Shown piece by piece: positions 12,425-24,111 of a stretch of DNA of 64,000 nt; position 1 is the stretch's first letter, and each line of letters starts with the position of its first letter. The translations under genes were made by a program, and so were the position numbers. The notes beneath the pieces were generated by a model. It made no database searches. It was not told the DNA's origin and saw nothing but the letters and a program-made list of their open reading frames with translations. Source of the DNA: Babesia bigemina (taxonomy: Eukaryota); NCBI RefSeq assembly GCF_000981445.1, contig NC_027216.1, forward strand, positions 1,798,001 to 1,862,000, written 5' to 3'.

Positions 12425-13379
12425 ATGTCGTTGCTCTACCTCATCGCAATGGTAGCGGCGACGATGTGCCCGTCGCTGGCTGCATCCCAGGACAACACAT
12501 GCGTTAGAGACTACTCGTAAGTTGCCTCAACACCTGTGCGACAGTTACACATTGCCACTGCAGGCCGTCGTGTGCAGAAGGTAGACATGGATTGTACTTT
12601 ACGGATAATGCGGCGCAGGATGGACGGAGTCGCCGTTGTATTCCAGGGTGTGTGAGGCTCCGATATCGTATTTCGGCCCCTGTGCGACGCTCCTGCCCAG
12701 CCTAGAGAGCAGGGACGACAAGGAACGGATGGAGAAAGAATGTCGTATTAACTGGTACGTGTCGTAATGAACCACCAACCTCGTACACATTCCAATGCAG
12801 GCCTTGCTACAATCAGTGTGAACAGGCGTACGACGCCAAGTGCCCCAAATTCTGGCAACATGAAAATGGATTATGCATGCCCACACCCGCCTACCATGGT
12901 AACCAATGACGCTAGAGCGTTGGCACATCCAAAACAGGCCCATGCGCATACCTAATTGATCTGTCAAAACTGCAGACGACGGAAAGGGTGCTGTGGAGTA
13001 ACAGGTGCGGCGTCACCTGGCCATGCAAGGTTGGTTTAGCCGGCCTCCAATGACAAGCAAACAGAGAAAATGCAATGCAAACTACAACGAGCCGTGCCCC
13101 GAGGTATGTTGCCGTAAACCCTTGATCACACACTCTTGCGCAGGGATGGAAGCACGTCGGTAAGAAACACCTTCCAACGGCAGTCTGCCATCGCACACAG
13201 GCAAGGGGCAATGCGTAGCACCGGAATCGTACAACGGCCCGTGCTTCCCAACCGCGGATTTGTCGTTCTTCAGCGCCGCAATGAAGGTGGGAGTGCTTCA
13301 TATACAAACGGCGTGACAACACCCGCAGGAACAGTTCGAGACGCTGTGCGATGTCGCATTCCCATGTGCAGCCAAATGA
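12425..13379 (+). CDS. CPW-WPC domain protein (signal peptide + 3 domains), 9 exons
   Basis: Exons 12425-12516, 12564-12580, 12619-12754, 12801-12898, 12938-13029, 13065-13103, 13144-13159, 13201-13286, 13329-13379 join in frame. Product: CVRDYSPSCAEGW..CEAPISYFGPC..ECRINWPC; CEQAYDAKCPKFW..CMPTPAYHGPC..RCGVTWPC; CNANYNEPCPEGW..CVAPESYNGPC..LCDVAFPC. Confidence 0.9.
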
Positions 13380-13407
13380 TGTAACTAGCTTTTAATTATA
13401 TTAACGC

Positions 13408-13914
13408 TTAGTCCTCGCGATAGTACTTCCTGGCATGCGCCGCATACGTCTCGGGCGCAACGGCCTCGACCACGATTGGCATGAACCCGTGCAGCGTCCC
13501 GCACATCTCAGAGCACTGGCCGTAGAAAACGCCCTCGCGCATGATGAACGTGTTCACGCGATGCAGGCGGCCGGGCACCGCGTCAGCCTTGATGCCGAGG
13601 CTGGGAACGGACCACGTGTGGATGACGTCGGTCGCGGTGATCAGAAAGCGGATATGCGTACGCGTAGGCAGAGTCAGACGCTTGTCGACCTCGAGCTGAC
13701 GGAGCATTCCCGGTTGTAGGTCTTCATCGGTCACCAGGTTGGACTGAAACGCGTAGTACTTCGGGATCAAGTCCGGGTTCTCCGCATACTTCTCGGGGAG
13801 GGGATACCGCTCCTCCACCGACAGCCGGGGCCGCTCGGCGGCCGGCGCCTCGCCGTGCGCCACCTTCGGCCTCAGAAACCCAAAAAAGTCGAATCTACCC
13901 TCGAACGGCCACAT
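13408..13914 (-). CDS. cox2b: Nuclear-encoded cytochrome c oxidase subunit 2b (C-terminal CuA half of split COX2)
   Basis: LRQLEVDKRLTLP, DVIHTWSVPSLGIKADAVPGRL, GVFYGQCSEMCGTLHGFMPIVVE; no TM helices. First ATG at 13914. Confidence 0.95.
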   Translation of the reverse strand: MWPFEGRFDFFGFLRPKVAHGEAPAAERPRLSVEERYPLPEKYAENPDLIPKYYAFQSNLVTDEDLQPGMLRQLEVDKRLTLPTRTHIRFLITATDVIHTWSVPSLGIKADAVPGRLHRVNTFIMREGVFYGQCSEMCGTLHGFMPIVVEAVAPETYAAHARKYYRED

Positions 13915-14067
13915 TGGTGCCGAAAAGAGTTGTGGGCGCGGCGTTGCCGCGGGGAGCTCAGGTAGGCGCGCGCCTGGGGACACAATAAGACAATTTATCA
14001 GAAATGCCACACATAACACACAAATATTCGTTATGGCAGAGTTAGTGACAGCTGTTGTGAAAGCGGC

Positions 14068-15075
14068 TCACGGGTTGAACCGCGGTCGACGCACGGCGGA
14101 GCTCAGGTCGGGGTTGCTCGTTGGCACTCGCCGTTCGGCCGGCTCCTCGTAGGTCGACTCGAACGTCTCCTCGGCACGGTCCGACCTCAAGTCAACCGAC
14201 TGGATGCGCTCTAACCTCTGGCGCATCACCGGGTGCTCTCGCCACTGCGGGTTGATCGTGGACACAGTCTCGGCCCTTTCGTGCCACTGAAGAGAGTCAA
14301 CAGCTTAAAACCCGACACTTACCGGCGATTCGGAGTCACCAATCAGGTGGCTGATGTCCGAAAGCAGGTTGCCTTCGCTGTCGAGCATGCCGTGGCTCTT
14401 GGCGAACTGCACCGGGATGGCGTAACGCGTCCACCCAACCTACTGCGTAGTACTTGCGATAATCGCGCCGCGAAGCTTGCATTAGCGCGTGCACTTGAAG
14501 AAGTTTGCGCCCTCCCACCGGCTTAGCGGGCCTCAATTCGCCCGGCCTGCAGCAATGCAAACAACAACACCTGGTACCCACCGGTCCACAAACTCGAGAT
14601 AGGCCATCGGTGCGGCGTCGGAAAACCTCAGACGCCACTGGTTGATCACGCGAGTGAAAAAGAAAGGGCGGTCTGCGTAGAGCGGCACATAGCGTTCGTA
14701 GAGCTTCTGCCGGGCTTCGGGGCTCCGCAGCATGCTCTCAACGATAAGGTCGGACTCCGGAGTGTCTACACATCGCAGTATACACCGTAACTGCGCCTGA
14801 TCACATACCCTTCTTTGCGTGAAACACGACCTCTTCGGCATATTGCTGCAGCTCCTTAGCACGGGGAAGAGTCAGCTCTATGCGTCCTAAGCGCAAAAGA
14901 CGATCCAGATGGTTCCTGCCAGCACGTCAACAAGTCGAAGCGGGGTGGAAGATACGAAAATACCCTAAACTAACTTCAACCAGTCGAAGCGCTTAGGAGG
15001 CTGGCCCCGGAACTTCCGAAACACGCGGCCGCGCTGGCCGTGAGCCACGAGCCGCGCCGTCGCTGAAAATCCCAT
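14068..15075 (-). CDS. MRPL17: Mitochondrial ribosomal protein bL17m with C-terminal extension, multi-exon
   Basis: Spliced: FRKFRGQPPKRFDWLKNHLDRLLRLGRIELTLPRAKELQQYAEEVVFHAKK...KLYERYVPLYADRPFFFTRV...DAAPMAYLEFVDRPGE. Confidence 0.88.
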
Positions 15076-15385
15076 ATATTCCTAGCGATGATACAATGTC
15101 GTCGTGCTCCGAACCTCGGTCTGCCGGGTGAGGCGACTACCTGATAGCATCACGTCCACGGAAGTACCGTTGCTATGGGCGAAGGCGTCATTAATATAGA
15201 AAATTATCCATTTTCCAGCCAATTCTGCAGCCTGTAGGTACCGATCATTTTAGCTGCCACAGTTTTAGACACCAAGTACGCACGCCGTTGCGGTATGGAG
15301 AAGAGAGCTCTATTGTTCAAAACGTAAATGCGCCTGACCCGTGCGCTACCAACCGATATACGACAAACTGCGGTGAAGGATCACG

Positions 15386-18042
15386 ATGGGAGGTGGGAAG
15401 AGCCAAAAAGGTGGCAAGCATGGCTTCATCGGTAGGACGCTGGCGCACGATATCCTCGCCAGGCAGGCTAAACAGGACGACTTGATGCTCGGCGATCGGC
15501 CATACCGACCGGTGGAGCACTCAGTAGTCGAGCGTAAAAGTCTAGATGAGTTCACACTTGCTGCTGAACATGGTCTGGAGACCTATCTGAGCACCCGTGG
15601 CGGCACCAGGGAGGTGCTCGCATCAGACTTCAACACCCAACTGGCGCGGATGGTGGACTACTCGGAATCGAAGGATGACAGGGTGTTTCCCGCGGTGCCA
15701 ATACCACGCAGATGCCTCTTCTTCGACGACGAGCAGAGGGAAACCATCGCCAAGCTGATCAAGCAGCGGGAGCACGCACAACACCTCAAGGAAAAACGCG
15801 TCAACAAACGCAGAAACAAGAAACTCGTTGATATGTATATGCACGGATCGGGGCCGAAACCGGTAAATGGGATATTTGACCCGCTAAAGTTGCGTACGAA
15901 AATGAAGAATGCATCGCACGGGAACGTGGTAGGCAGCGGCAGCGACAGTGAAGACCTAAGTGACTTCGATCTGGAAGACGATGAAGAGGGGGAAGAAGAA
16001 CCCGGTTACGCAACAGACGAAGAAGATGAAGGCGCAGAAGGGTCTGAGGGATCATCGGAATGCGACAGCGAAGTTTCGGAAGATTCATCTGAGGACTCTG
16101 AAGATGAGGGTGCCAATGACGCTGCAAGAACGCCAATGTCACCTGCACGATCGAAGCGCTCTGTCAGGTTTGCTGAACCGCTACGTAGCCCTGCTGGCGC
16201 CCCTAAATGGCGACGTCAACCTACTGGGATTGCACTAAAGTCGGGGCGTATGAATACGTTCAAGGCAAGAGCCAACATGGCCAAGCGCACCTCGCAGGAT
16301 GATTATAGCAGTGAGGAGGATGAGGATGACGACATTTCGGATGAGTATTACAGTGATGATGATGTTGAGGAGGAGGAGGATGAGGATGAAGATGAGGATG
16401 GTATTGATGAGGGAGAAGATGAAGATGAAGATGAAGATGACAGTGGATTTGAGACCGAGGAAATTGTGGAGACACCCCCGCCCGAAGCTGCCCTGCCTGC
16501 TCGTGCAGAAAGTTGCGGTGTAAAGGTGTCAGAATCGCAACCAAACGAGAATGTGAAGGTCAAACAAGTGGCGCGAGACCTGAAATACGTCAAGGAATAT
16601 AAAACAGCCATCGAGCACGAGGTGTCTAGCGTGGATATCTGCAAGATGGATGCCAACGAACTCAATCGCATTGAAACCAAATGCTTCTACACATGGAGGA
16701 AGCTGCTGGCACAAATTGAAGATGAGGAGGAGAGAGTGGTAACACCGTACGAAAAGAACATAGAGTTCTGGAGGCAGCTGTGGAGGGTGATCGAGCGCAG
16801 CCACATCCTGCTGATCATAATCGACGCAAGAGACCCCCTGTTTTACAGGGTACCGGACCTTGAATCGTACGTCAAGGAGGTCGACAGCAGGAAGGAAATG
16901 ATGCTCATCCTCAACAAGGCCGACTATCTCACCCTGGAGCTGCGGAAGGCTTGGGCAGAATATTTCAAATCACAGGTAAGCACATGTAAATACCCACTCA
17001 TCACAGCTCAGGGCATCGATTTCGTATTCTTCTCCACAATTTGGGGGAAGAATGACAAGCCTCATGCAGGGGCTGAACAGCAGCAAGAGGACCCCTGCTG
17101 CAAGGTCTACAATGTGGCCATGCTGTTGGAGAAAATCAACGGCTACCGCCAACGACAGTCTGCCGTGTTCTCCGAGCTGAATGATGCAGATAATGCCGAG
17201 ATACCGTTATACACTGTGGGATTTGTAGGATACCCCAACGTGGGTAAAAGTTCGCTCATCAACTGCCTCATGGAGGCAACGAAGACCAACGTGAGTTGCC
17301 AACCCGGGAAAACGAAACACCTGCAAACCCTGCCATTGAAGAAGGAAAACATAACCCTCTGCGATTGCCCAGGTAAGACGGAGCTCCTTGGAACCACATA
17401 ACGAACACAGGGCTCATCTTCCCCAACATTGTCTCAACGAAGCACCACCTGCTCATAAACGGCATCGTCGCAACCGCCCACTTCAGGGGCAGTCTGATAT
17501 TTGCCGTGCAGCTCATATGCAACCGCATACCGAAACAGCTGTGCGAACGCTATGACGTTGACCGGGCAGAATGTGTCATACTCGGAAGGGACAGCAAGCC
17601 CATTCTCTTCAGCCAAAAGTTCCTGGAATTCATTTGTCACAGCAGGAAATTCTACTCCGGCGGCAAGGGCGGGCAGCCGGATCTCGGCAGGGCTGCCAAA
17701 CTGGTTGTGAAGGACTACGTCAGCGGCAGCCTGCTCTACTGCGCATGGCCCCCGACGTGCAGGCAGACCATGGTGGAGTTTGAGGCAGAGCAAACTAGGG
17801 ACCTAGCTGAGTCCTTAAGCAACCTGAATATCGCAGGCAAGGGAACGAGCAGACTCAACAACGACATGAAAGTTTCGAGCGAGGTCAAGCGAGAGGAATC
17901 GAAGCTCCAGGAGTGGCTTTTGGCCACGGGAGAAGACATACCCGAGGCAAAGGAGAAGCCCATGACCAAACGCAAAATGCGGTTCCTAATCAAAGGAAAG
18001 CGCAAAAGCGACAAAAAGAAAACTGTCGAACCGTATGCTTAA
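15386..18042 (+). CDS. LSG1: Large subunit GTPase 1 (circularly permuted GTPase, 60S biogenesis), ~3 exons
   Basis: SVVERKSLDEF; TPYEKNIEFWRQLWRVIERS; DARDPLFYR; NKAD; GFVGYPNVGKSSLIN; PGKTKHLQT; LCDCPG|LIFP; KDYVSGSLLYCAWPP. Confidence 0.93.
16310..16442 (+). repeat. GAN-triplet low-complexity tract encoding a poly-D/E run within LSG1
   Basis: gaggatgaagatgaggatggt...gaagatgaagatgaagatgaagatgac. Confidence 0.7.
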
Positions 18043-18047
18043 ATTTT

Positions 18048-19500
18048 TTAACCCAACAGTTCTATTGTGCAGAGCAGAATAACGATAGTGGCAATCAGGA
18101 CGCCGGGAGCGTCTGCGAAGTTCCCCGAGTGTGATGCGATATGTGCCACTATGGTGTTAGGGTCGTAGACGTTGAGCGGCGCCGTGTGCACAGCTGCAGG
18201 TGCGATTGGAGGCACAGCGTGCCCTATCCCGGCTGCTGGCGGCGGATGCATAGCGATGGGCTGGAGAGTGGGCGCCGTTGGCGGGTGCGTGAAGCTACGT
18301 AACGCGTGGATGCGCGCAGGCGGCTGCCTCTGGGCGCAGTGTACCTGAACGCATGAACGTGACTGCAGCTGTTCGCAATCCTTACACGTCACGTGTACCT
18401 TTAAGTTGTCCACAAAGAATTTGCTCTGTAGATTTGACGCTAGGATCCTGATGTTCTGGTTAGACGTGAATATCAGCGATGAACCGTGGAGCGATCCCTC
18501 CCATCGCTGGGACTGCCTACAGCTCGATAACGTCTGATGGCTCACGCTATAGTGGACCTGCAATTTGGGCGACTTGAAGAGCCGTTTGACGCGGTTGTAG
18601 GCGCCATGGCCGGCAGCAGCCAGACCGTGCACCACCATCCCGATGGCACCGTGGTCGCCGCCGTCGGAACCGTCATCGTCGGAGTCTTTGTCGGACGAAA
18701 ACATCCCCCGTAATTTTTCACCTAACTGTGGGAATATTTCGAGAAACGATCCACCTTCATCATCTGAGGAATAGTCCAAATCATCCAAAGATAATCGTGA
18801 CGCTGGCTCCATCTCAAGCATGCCATCTTCTTCGCCTTCTTCCTCGTATGCCGCCTCCTTAGGGCTCTCCTTCCCTGGAACCTTGTACCACTGCAAAACA
18901 ACTCGAACTGCGACGTCTACGAACCCATCCCTATCAACTGCGCAAGATCTCGCATATGATTTGATATCGGCGTTGGAAGTGGACGGCCTGAACTTCATGT
19001 CAAACGAGTTTATCTCCAAAAAAGAGCCTTCGTCGCCCTCATCATCCTCCGAGTGCCCACCCTCATAAGCTCCATGATGCCCAGAACTGGTTGTATCCAT
19101 ACTACCCTCTATTACGTTGATGCGGCCTTGCGTGGGCGGGAACAGATGGCAAATGTCCGCGTTGCTTACTCCGGGGGTTGGACACCGCTTGCAGACAGTA
19201 TGCATGCCGCATTGGTGCTGCAGCGGATTGGAACTGTCTGACTCGAATTGATTACATCCCGCAGCTACACAGACGTTGTATCCTTCTTGGCTTGCGCCAT
19301 GCGGCGCCGCAGGAGCTCCCAAATTCTGCCCCCCGGGGAATAGACGATTAGCGCCTGGCAGATAGTGAGACAATTACACATTGCTATCGATAGGACTTAC
19401 CGACGTTTGGAGCTCCGGCAAAGGCCGAAATGGCAAGCAACGCCAACGATAGACGCCATGTTGCGATAAGTCGGTACCGATGCCACCGCGCTCCGCACAT
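18048..19500 (-). CDS. Secreted, probably GPI-anchored Cys-containing surface/apical protein, 2 exons
   Basis: Exon 1 (19401-19500) encodes a signal peptide MCGARWHRYRLIATWRLSLALLAISAFAG. Intron 19355-19400. C-terminal hydrophobic tail GVLIATIVILLCTIELLG with no cytosolic segment. Two SFLE motifs. Confidence 0.8.
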
Positions 19501-21044
19501 TTCCAAAATGGCAGAGGGGGGAACGTGGCAACCAGATACGTTTTTAATGTGCGATGTGTTAGAATTTCTAAGGCGGCGGCGATCCCAGCGGCACAGATGC
19601 CGTCAGCTGTAGACACCCGGAAAAGAGGTGCATAGTGGAGCGGCGTTGTCTCTGTTCTATATATTTAAGCACCGCATTATAATATGAACGGTACTGCGTG
19701 CAGCAACTGCCTGAACGCTCATTCGAAGAACAGAAATACCATACGATCGCGAAGCCGACCTATGCCTCAATTCACATAAAGGAGCGCCATGCAGTCACGC
19801 TAAATAAGCAAAACCGCGATGTACAACAGCAAAACAGCTGTATACTCACAAACATGACTTGCCGACATAATAGGTTCCACATCGACCAGCCTCTATGAAC
19901 GATTTCACCATGATCCACACCCTAACTTTGGGATAAGCTACTCATGATAATGACACGCATTTTTACAAGTATATAGCGGATATACAGTATAACAAAAGGG
20001 GCATGACAATAATAATCCCCAAATCACCGCTTCCGAAAAACACACACAAAACTGCTTGCCGTATATCGCGCTTTTCACCTATCATACGAACCAAATAGTA
20101 TCAAGAAATCAATGTTAAAAGGGATTTTTTGTGGACCGGCAGGTGATCGCAGGACACAGCACGATACGCTACTTGGCTTTCTGCACACCGACGAAACGGC
20201 ACATAACGCCTCCAATACACCCTCATAGAAGTTACAAAGCTGACACGAAACAAGAAATACAATGCATAGATCTGCACATTAACACGACAAATTTTGCAGG
20301 ACACGCGCAGCGCAGCACGGGATGTCGACGTCCCCCGCACCGTTGCTCACGGCGCAGACGACGCGTGGCAAGCCGCACGAACCGTTGCACGCAAGACACA
20401 CTGACACACGATTTATTAAATAAAGCATTGTTCTGTCACGGTGACAGCTGCATGCACCTCCATAGTGTAGCTGACCGAAGTACAGGATAACGCCGACCTC
20501 GACGTGCACCCCGGGGACTCAACGTCGGAAAACGACGCTGTCACGGAGTGACAACGTTCACATTCAACGAGGGACGGATACCGCCACAAATTACGCACAC
20601 TGGACGCCAACACGCCGTTGTGAGGCTTGGTGTGCATAATTTGTGCGGGACCACGACAGGTTGGTGAGGTTCGTATGTGGAAGGTTGTCGCAATGTGGCA
20701 AAGTGTCTTTTCGCACGTCCAAATACTTCGCTGTTGTTGAAATAATTTTTTGCCTTTTTTGCATTCGTTGGAGCTCGGCATTGCTCGCATCGGCGTGTAT
20801 TTACTCACAACCCACACGCCATTCGTGCTGAGTACGACGTTCCGCAGGAGGGTGGTAAATTTGGTGTTATATGTTGGTTAATGGTGTGTTGTTAGTGTGA
20901 GGTTTCGTTGGCTCAAGTGTATGCTTTAAGTAGCTGTAGACATCGCGGCTACTTGGATCAGCAGCGTGACAGCAACGCAAGTCGCGAGAATGAGGTAATG
21001 CAGTACATTAGCTCCAACGCAGTACTCGATTAATCTTCGGAACG

Positions 21045-22553
21045 ATGAGCGACCACATCGACGAACACATTCTCAGCAAGTTCCACATACTTCAGAAGTT
21101 GGGCAAAGGTGCTTATGGCATCGTCTGGAAGGTGGTGAACAAGGAGACCCAGGAAGTAGTGGCGCTGAAGAAGATATTCGATGCTTTCAGGAACTCGACG
21201 GATGCACAGAGGACGTACAGGGAAATTATGTTCCTGCATTATCTGAGGAAATGTAACAATATTGTGGAGATTAAGGAGGTATATGCCGCTAAGAACGATA
21301 GGGATCTCTACATAACTTTTGAGTATGTGGACACGGATTTGCACGCCGTTATCCGGATCAATATTTTGGAGGAAGTGCACAAGAAGTACATTCTGTACCA
21401 AATCATCAAGGCCATTCACTTCATCCACTCAGGAGACCTGCTACACAGGGATCTTAAGCCATCAAATGTCCTGCTCAATGCAAAATGTAACATAAAGCTG
21501 GCGGATTTCGGACTCGCCAGGAGCATCGCTCATGATGAAATCACCGATGAGGCCCCAGTCCTGACGGACTACGTCGCCACCAGATGGTACCGCGCTCCCG
21601 AGATACTGGTGGGCAGCACCAAGTACACCAAGGGTGTCGACATGTGGGCAATTGGTTGTATTCTTGCGGAACTGCTTATCAACAAGCCGCTCTTTCCCGG
21701 GTCCTCCACCATCAACCAACTCTCTAAGGTAATCGCGTTCACTGGTATGCCTAGCGAGGAAGACATGGAGTCGCTCGGCTCGCCATTCACCGCGATGATG
21801 ATGAGCTCACTCACGAAAATTCCGCAAAGATCCATTAAAGATTACCTCCCCAATGCGCCTGATGATGCCATAGACCTTGTCAGGAAGCTGTTACAATTCA
21901 ACCCAAACAAGCGTATATCCACACTTCACGCCCTGAACCATCCCTACATCCGGTCATTCCACAAATCCAACGACTCTCTGGCTGCGCTACCCAAGGCTGT
22001 AAAAATCCCTGTTTGTGACAACGTCAAGTACGACGTTGCCAACTACCGCAGGCTCATATACAGGTACATCGAAGAGCGGAAGTCCCACCAAAGAGCACAC
22101 AAGGACGACGCCTCAGCACTTGCGCATGAGCACAAGCATGCGCCTCGTTCACCAGATGCCGTCAAGGAGCCAACAAATCCAGTCACCACAGACAAGAGTG
22201 CCGATGAGGCTAGACACACCAAGTGCACCGCCAACAAGGAGCGGAATTCCTACTCAACCCAAGCCCTCGGAAACTTAATTGCAACTCACAAGAACGCAGC
22301 AAAACTGAGACCTGTCGCGGAACAACCAGCTATGCAAGCGAATGTTGCCCAGCCGGCTTCAAGGTTGCCCATACAATCCTGGCGAGGCTTTTTCCAGAAC
22401 ACGTGCGGATCGAGCGTCCAAAGGAATAACACCTACAATCAACCACAGCTGGTACTGAGGCAGAAACCCCAGCCACAACCTGCACCTGCTCACTACCAAT
22501 GCAAAGTCAAGCATCAGCAGGACTCAGGTTACAGTGGCATGTACTTCTTCTGA
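21045..22553 (+). CDS. Mitogen-activated protein kinase, ERK7/MAPK15-type
   Basis: GKGAYGIVWK, VALKKIFDAFRNSTDAQRTYREI, HRDLKPSN, DFG, TDY activation loop (LTDYVATRWYRAPE); long disordered tail. Confidence 0.93.
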   Translation: MSDHIDEHILSKFHILQKLGKGAYGIVWKVVNKETQEVVALKKIFDAFRNSTDAQRTYREIMFLHYLRKCNNIVEIKEVYAAKNDRDLYITFEYVDTDLHAVIRINILEEVHKKYILYQIIKAIHFIHSGDLLHRDLKPSNVLLNAKCNIKLADFGLARSIAHDEITDEAPVLTDYVATRWYRAPEILVGSTKYTKGVDMWAIGCILAELLINKPLFPGSSTINQLSKVIAFTGMPSEEDMESLGSPFTAMMMSSLTKIPQRSIKDYLPNAPDDAIDLVRKLLQFNPNKRISTLHALNHPYIRSFHKSNDSLAALPKAVKIPVCDNVKYDVANYRRLIYRYIEERKSHQRAHKDDASALAHEHKHAPRSPDAVKEPTNPVTTDKSADEARHTKCTANKERNSYSTQALGNLIATHKNAAKLRPVAEQPAMQANVAQPASRLPIQSWRGFFQNTCGSSVQRNNTYNQPQLVLRQKPQPQPAPAHYQCKVKHQQDSGYSGMYFF

Positions 22554-22800
22554 GATCCAACAAAGCACGCTGCTCTACGATTAGCAGTATAACACTCCAT
22601 AACGTACATTCATGTGATCAAATATACTTTCCCTTCTCCATTCTAGACATCTTTATGTGCGAAAGCCGTCGGCTGCACGCGGAATCTCCAGTGCGCTACA
22701 CACAGCTGCCCCGCACCGGGAGACCAAATGGGGAACGCTGCTGGCATCAAAGCTATTTGAGACATCTACAGTTGAAATTTTTTAAGTAGTGTGTGACACC

Positions 22801-24111
22801 ATGAGTAATATCTCGTGTCGTGGGTTTTCCATCACCCGTTCAATGGCCGGGGGACGGCTTGCCCCTAAGGGTAGCTTTGCCACGTGCTACCAATGCCGCG
22901 ATTCGAAGCGATTCCTCAACGTTTCGGAATTCGGTGGCATGAAATTGCTTAAGGAGCGTGGAATTCCCACGCCAATGAACCTCCTTGCGCGCTCCCCGGT
23001 TGAGGCTGAAAGCATCACGCGTGAAATCCTGAGTAACACCAAATGTGGCCAGGTCGTCATGAAAGCGCAAGTACTTACGGGAGGAAGAGGAAAAGGGAAG
23101 TTCGTCGGCACTGAGATATCTGGCGTCGAGCTCGTGCAATCTCCGGATTTGGCCAAGGTCACCGCCGAAAAGATGATTGGCAACATCCTTGTCACCAAAC
23201 AAACAGGCAAATCAGGGTTGAAGTGCAAAGAAGTCATTGTTGCCGAGAAATTGAACCTCGCTAAGGAGAGATACATCTCGTTTATGCTCGACCGCAAGTC
23301 CAGTACCATAATGGCCATCGCCACGAAACATGGTGGCGGCAATGTGGAGGAGGTTTCAGAGAAAGATCCGTCAGCCGTTCTCACTATAGGTATCAACCCA
23401 TTGAAGGGCATATCCGACGTCGAAGTGGGCAAAATAGCCGACCATCTGGACTTCTCGGAAAGCCTCAAGGAAGAAACCAAAAAGGTTGTCAAAGGATTGT
23501 ATGACACCTTCGTCAAAAATGACGCTCTTTTGTTGGAAATAAACCCAATATCGGAAACTAACGACCAGAAGTTGGTTGCCTGCGACTCAAAAATCATCAT
23601 AGACGACAATGCGGATTTCAGACAGAAGGACATATTTGCATCCGTCGCGCCGCCAGAAAACGAACTAGAGGCACGCGCTTTAGAGGCCGGGTTGAACTAC
23701 ATACCCCTTGGGGGCAACGTGGCCTGCATTGTGAATGGAGCGGGGCTAGCGATGGCCACACTAGATCTCCTGACACACCATGGAGGTACGCCTGCTAACT
23801 TCCTAGACGTCGGAGGGAGCGCCACCAGCGATATGCTCGGACAAGCGCTAGATATCGTGGCATCGGACTCTAATGCGAAGGTGCTTTTGGTAAATATTGT
23901 AGGTGGAATCGTTCACTGTGACAAATTCGCAACCTCCTTCGTGGAAGCCACCAAAAAGTCAAAAATGCAAATACCTGTAGTCATGCGTCTCCAGGGAACG
24001 AAATCAGACGTGGCGAAGAAAATTTTGCACGAGGCACAGATACCACATATTTTTTGCTCAGATTTTGATTCGGCTGCAAAGTCGGCTGTAGAGATTGCAA
24101 ACGCGTCTTGA
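22801..24111 (+). CDS. SUCLA2: Succinyl-CoA ligase beta subunit (mitochondrial)
   Basis: KAQVLTGGRGKG, LLEINP, DDNADFRQ, LNYIPLGGNVACIVNGAGLAMATLD, PANFLDVGG; presequence-like N-terminus. Confidence 0.93.
   Translation: MSNISCRGFSITRSMAGGRLAPKGSFATCYQCRDSKRFLNVSEFGGMKLLKERGIPTPMNLLARSPVEAESITREILSNTKCGQVVMKAQVLTGGRGKGKFVGTEISGVELVQSPDLAKVTAEKMIGNILVTKQTGKSGLKCKEVIVAEKLNLAKERYISFMLDRKSSTIMAIATKHGGGNVEEVSEKDPSAVLTIGINPLKGISDVEVGKIADHLDFSESLKEETKKVVKGLYDTFVKNDALLLEINPISETNDQKLVACDSKIIIDDNADFRQKDIFASVAPPENELEARALEAGLNYIPLGGNVACIVNGAGLAMATLDLLTHHGGTPANFLDVGGSATSDMLGQALDIVASDSNAKVLLVNIVGGIVHCDKFATSFVEATKKSKMQIPVVMRLQGTKSDVAKKILHEAQIPHIFCSDFDSAAKSAVEIANAS

Noticed and set aside
13408..13914. cox2 fragment as a NUMT or pseudogene
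   Set aside because: Intact ORF with nuclear codon usage; split nuclear cox2a/cox2b is established in Apicomplexa.
14961..14970. Telomere-like CCCTAAA
   Set aside because: Single copy inside a bL17m intron; expected by chance.
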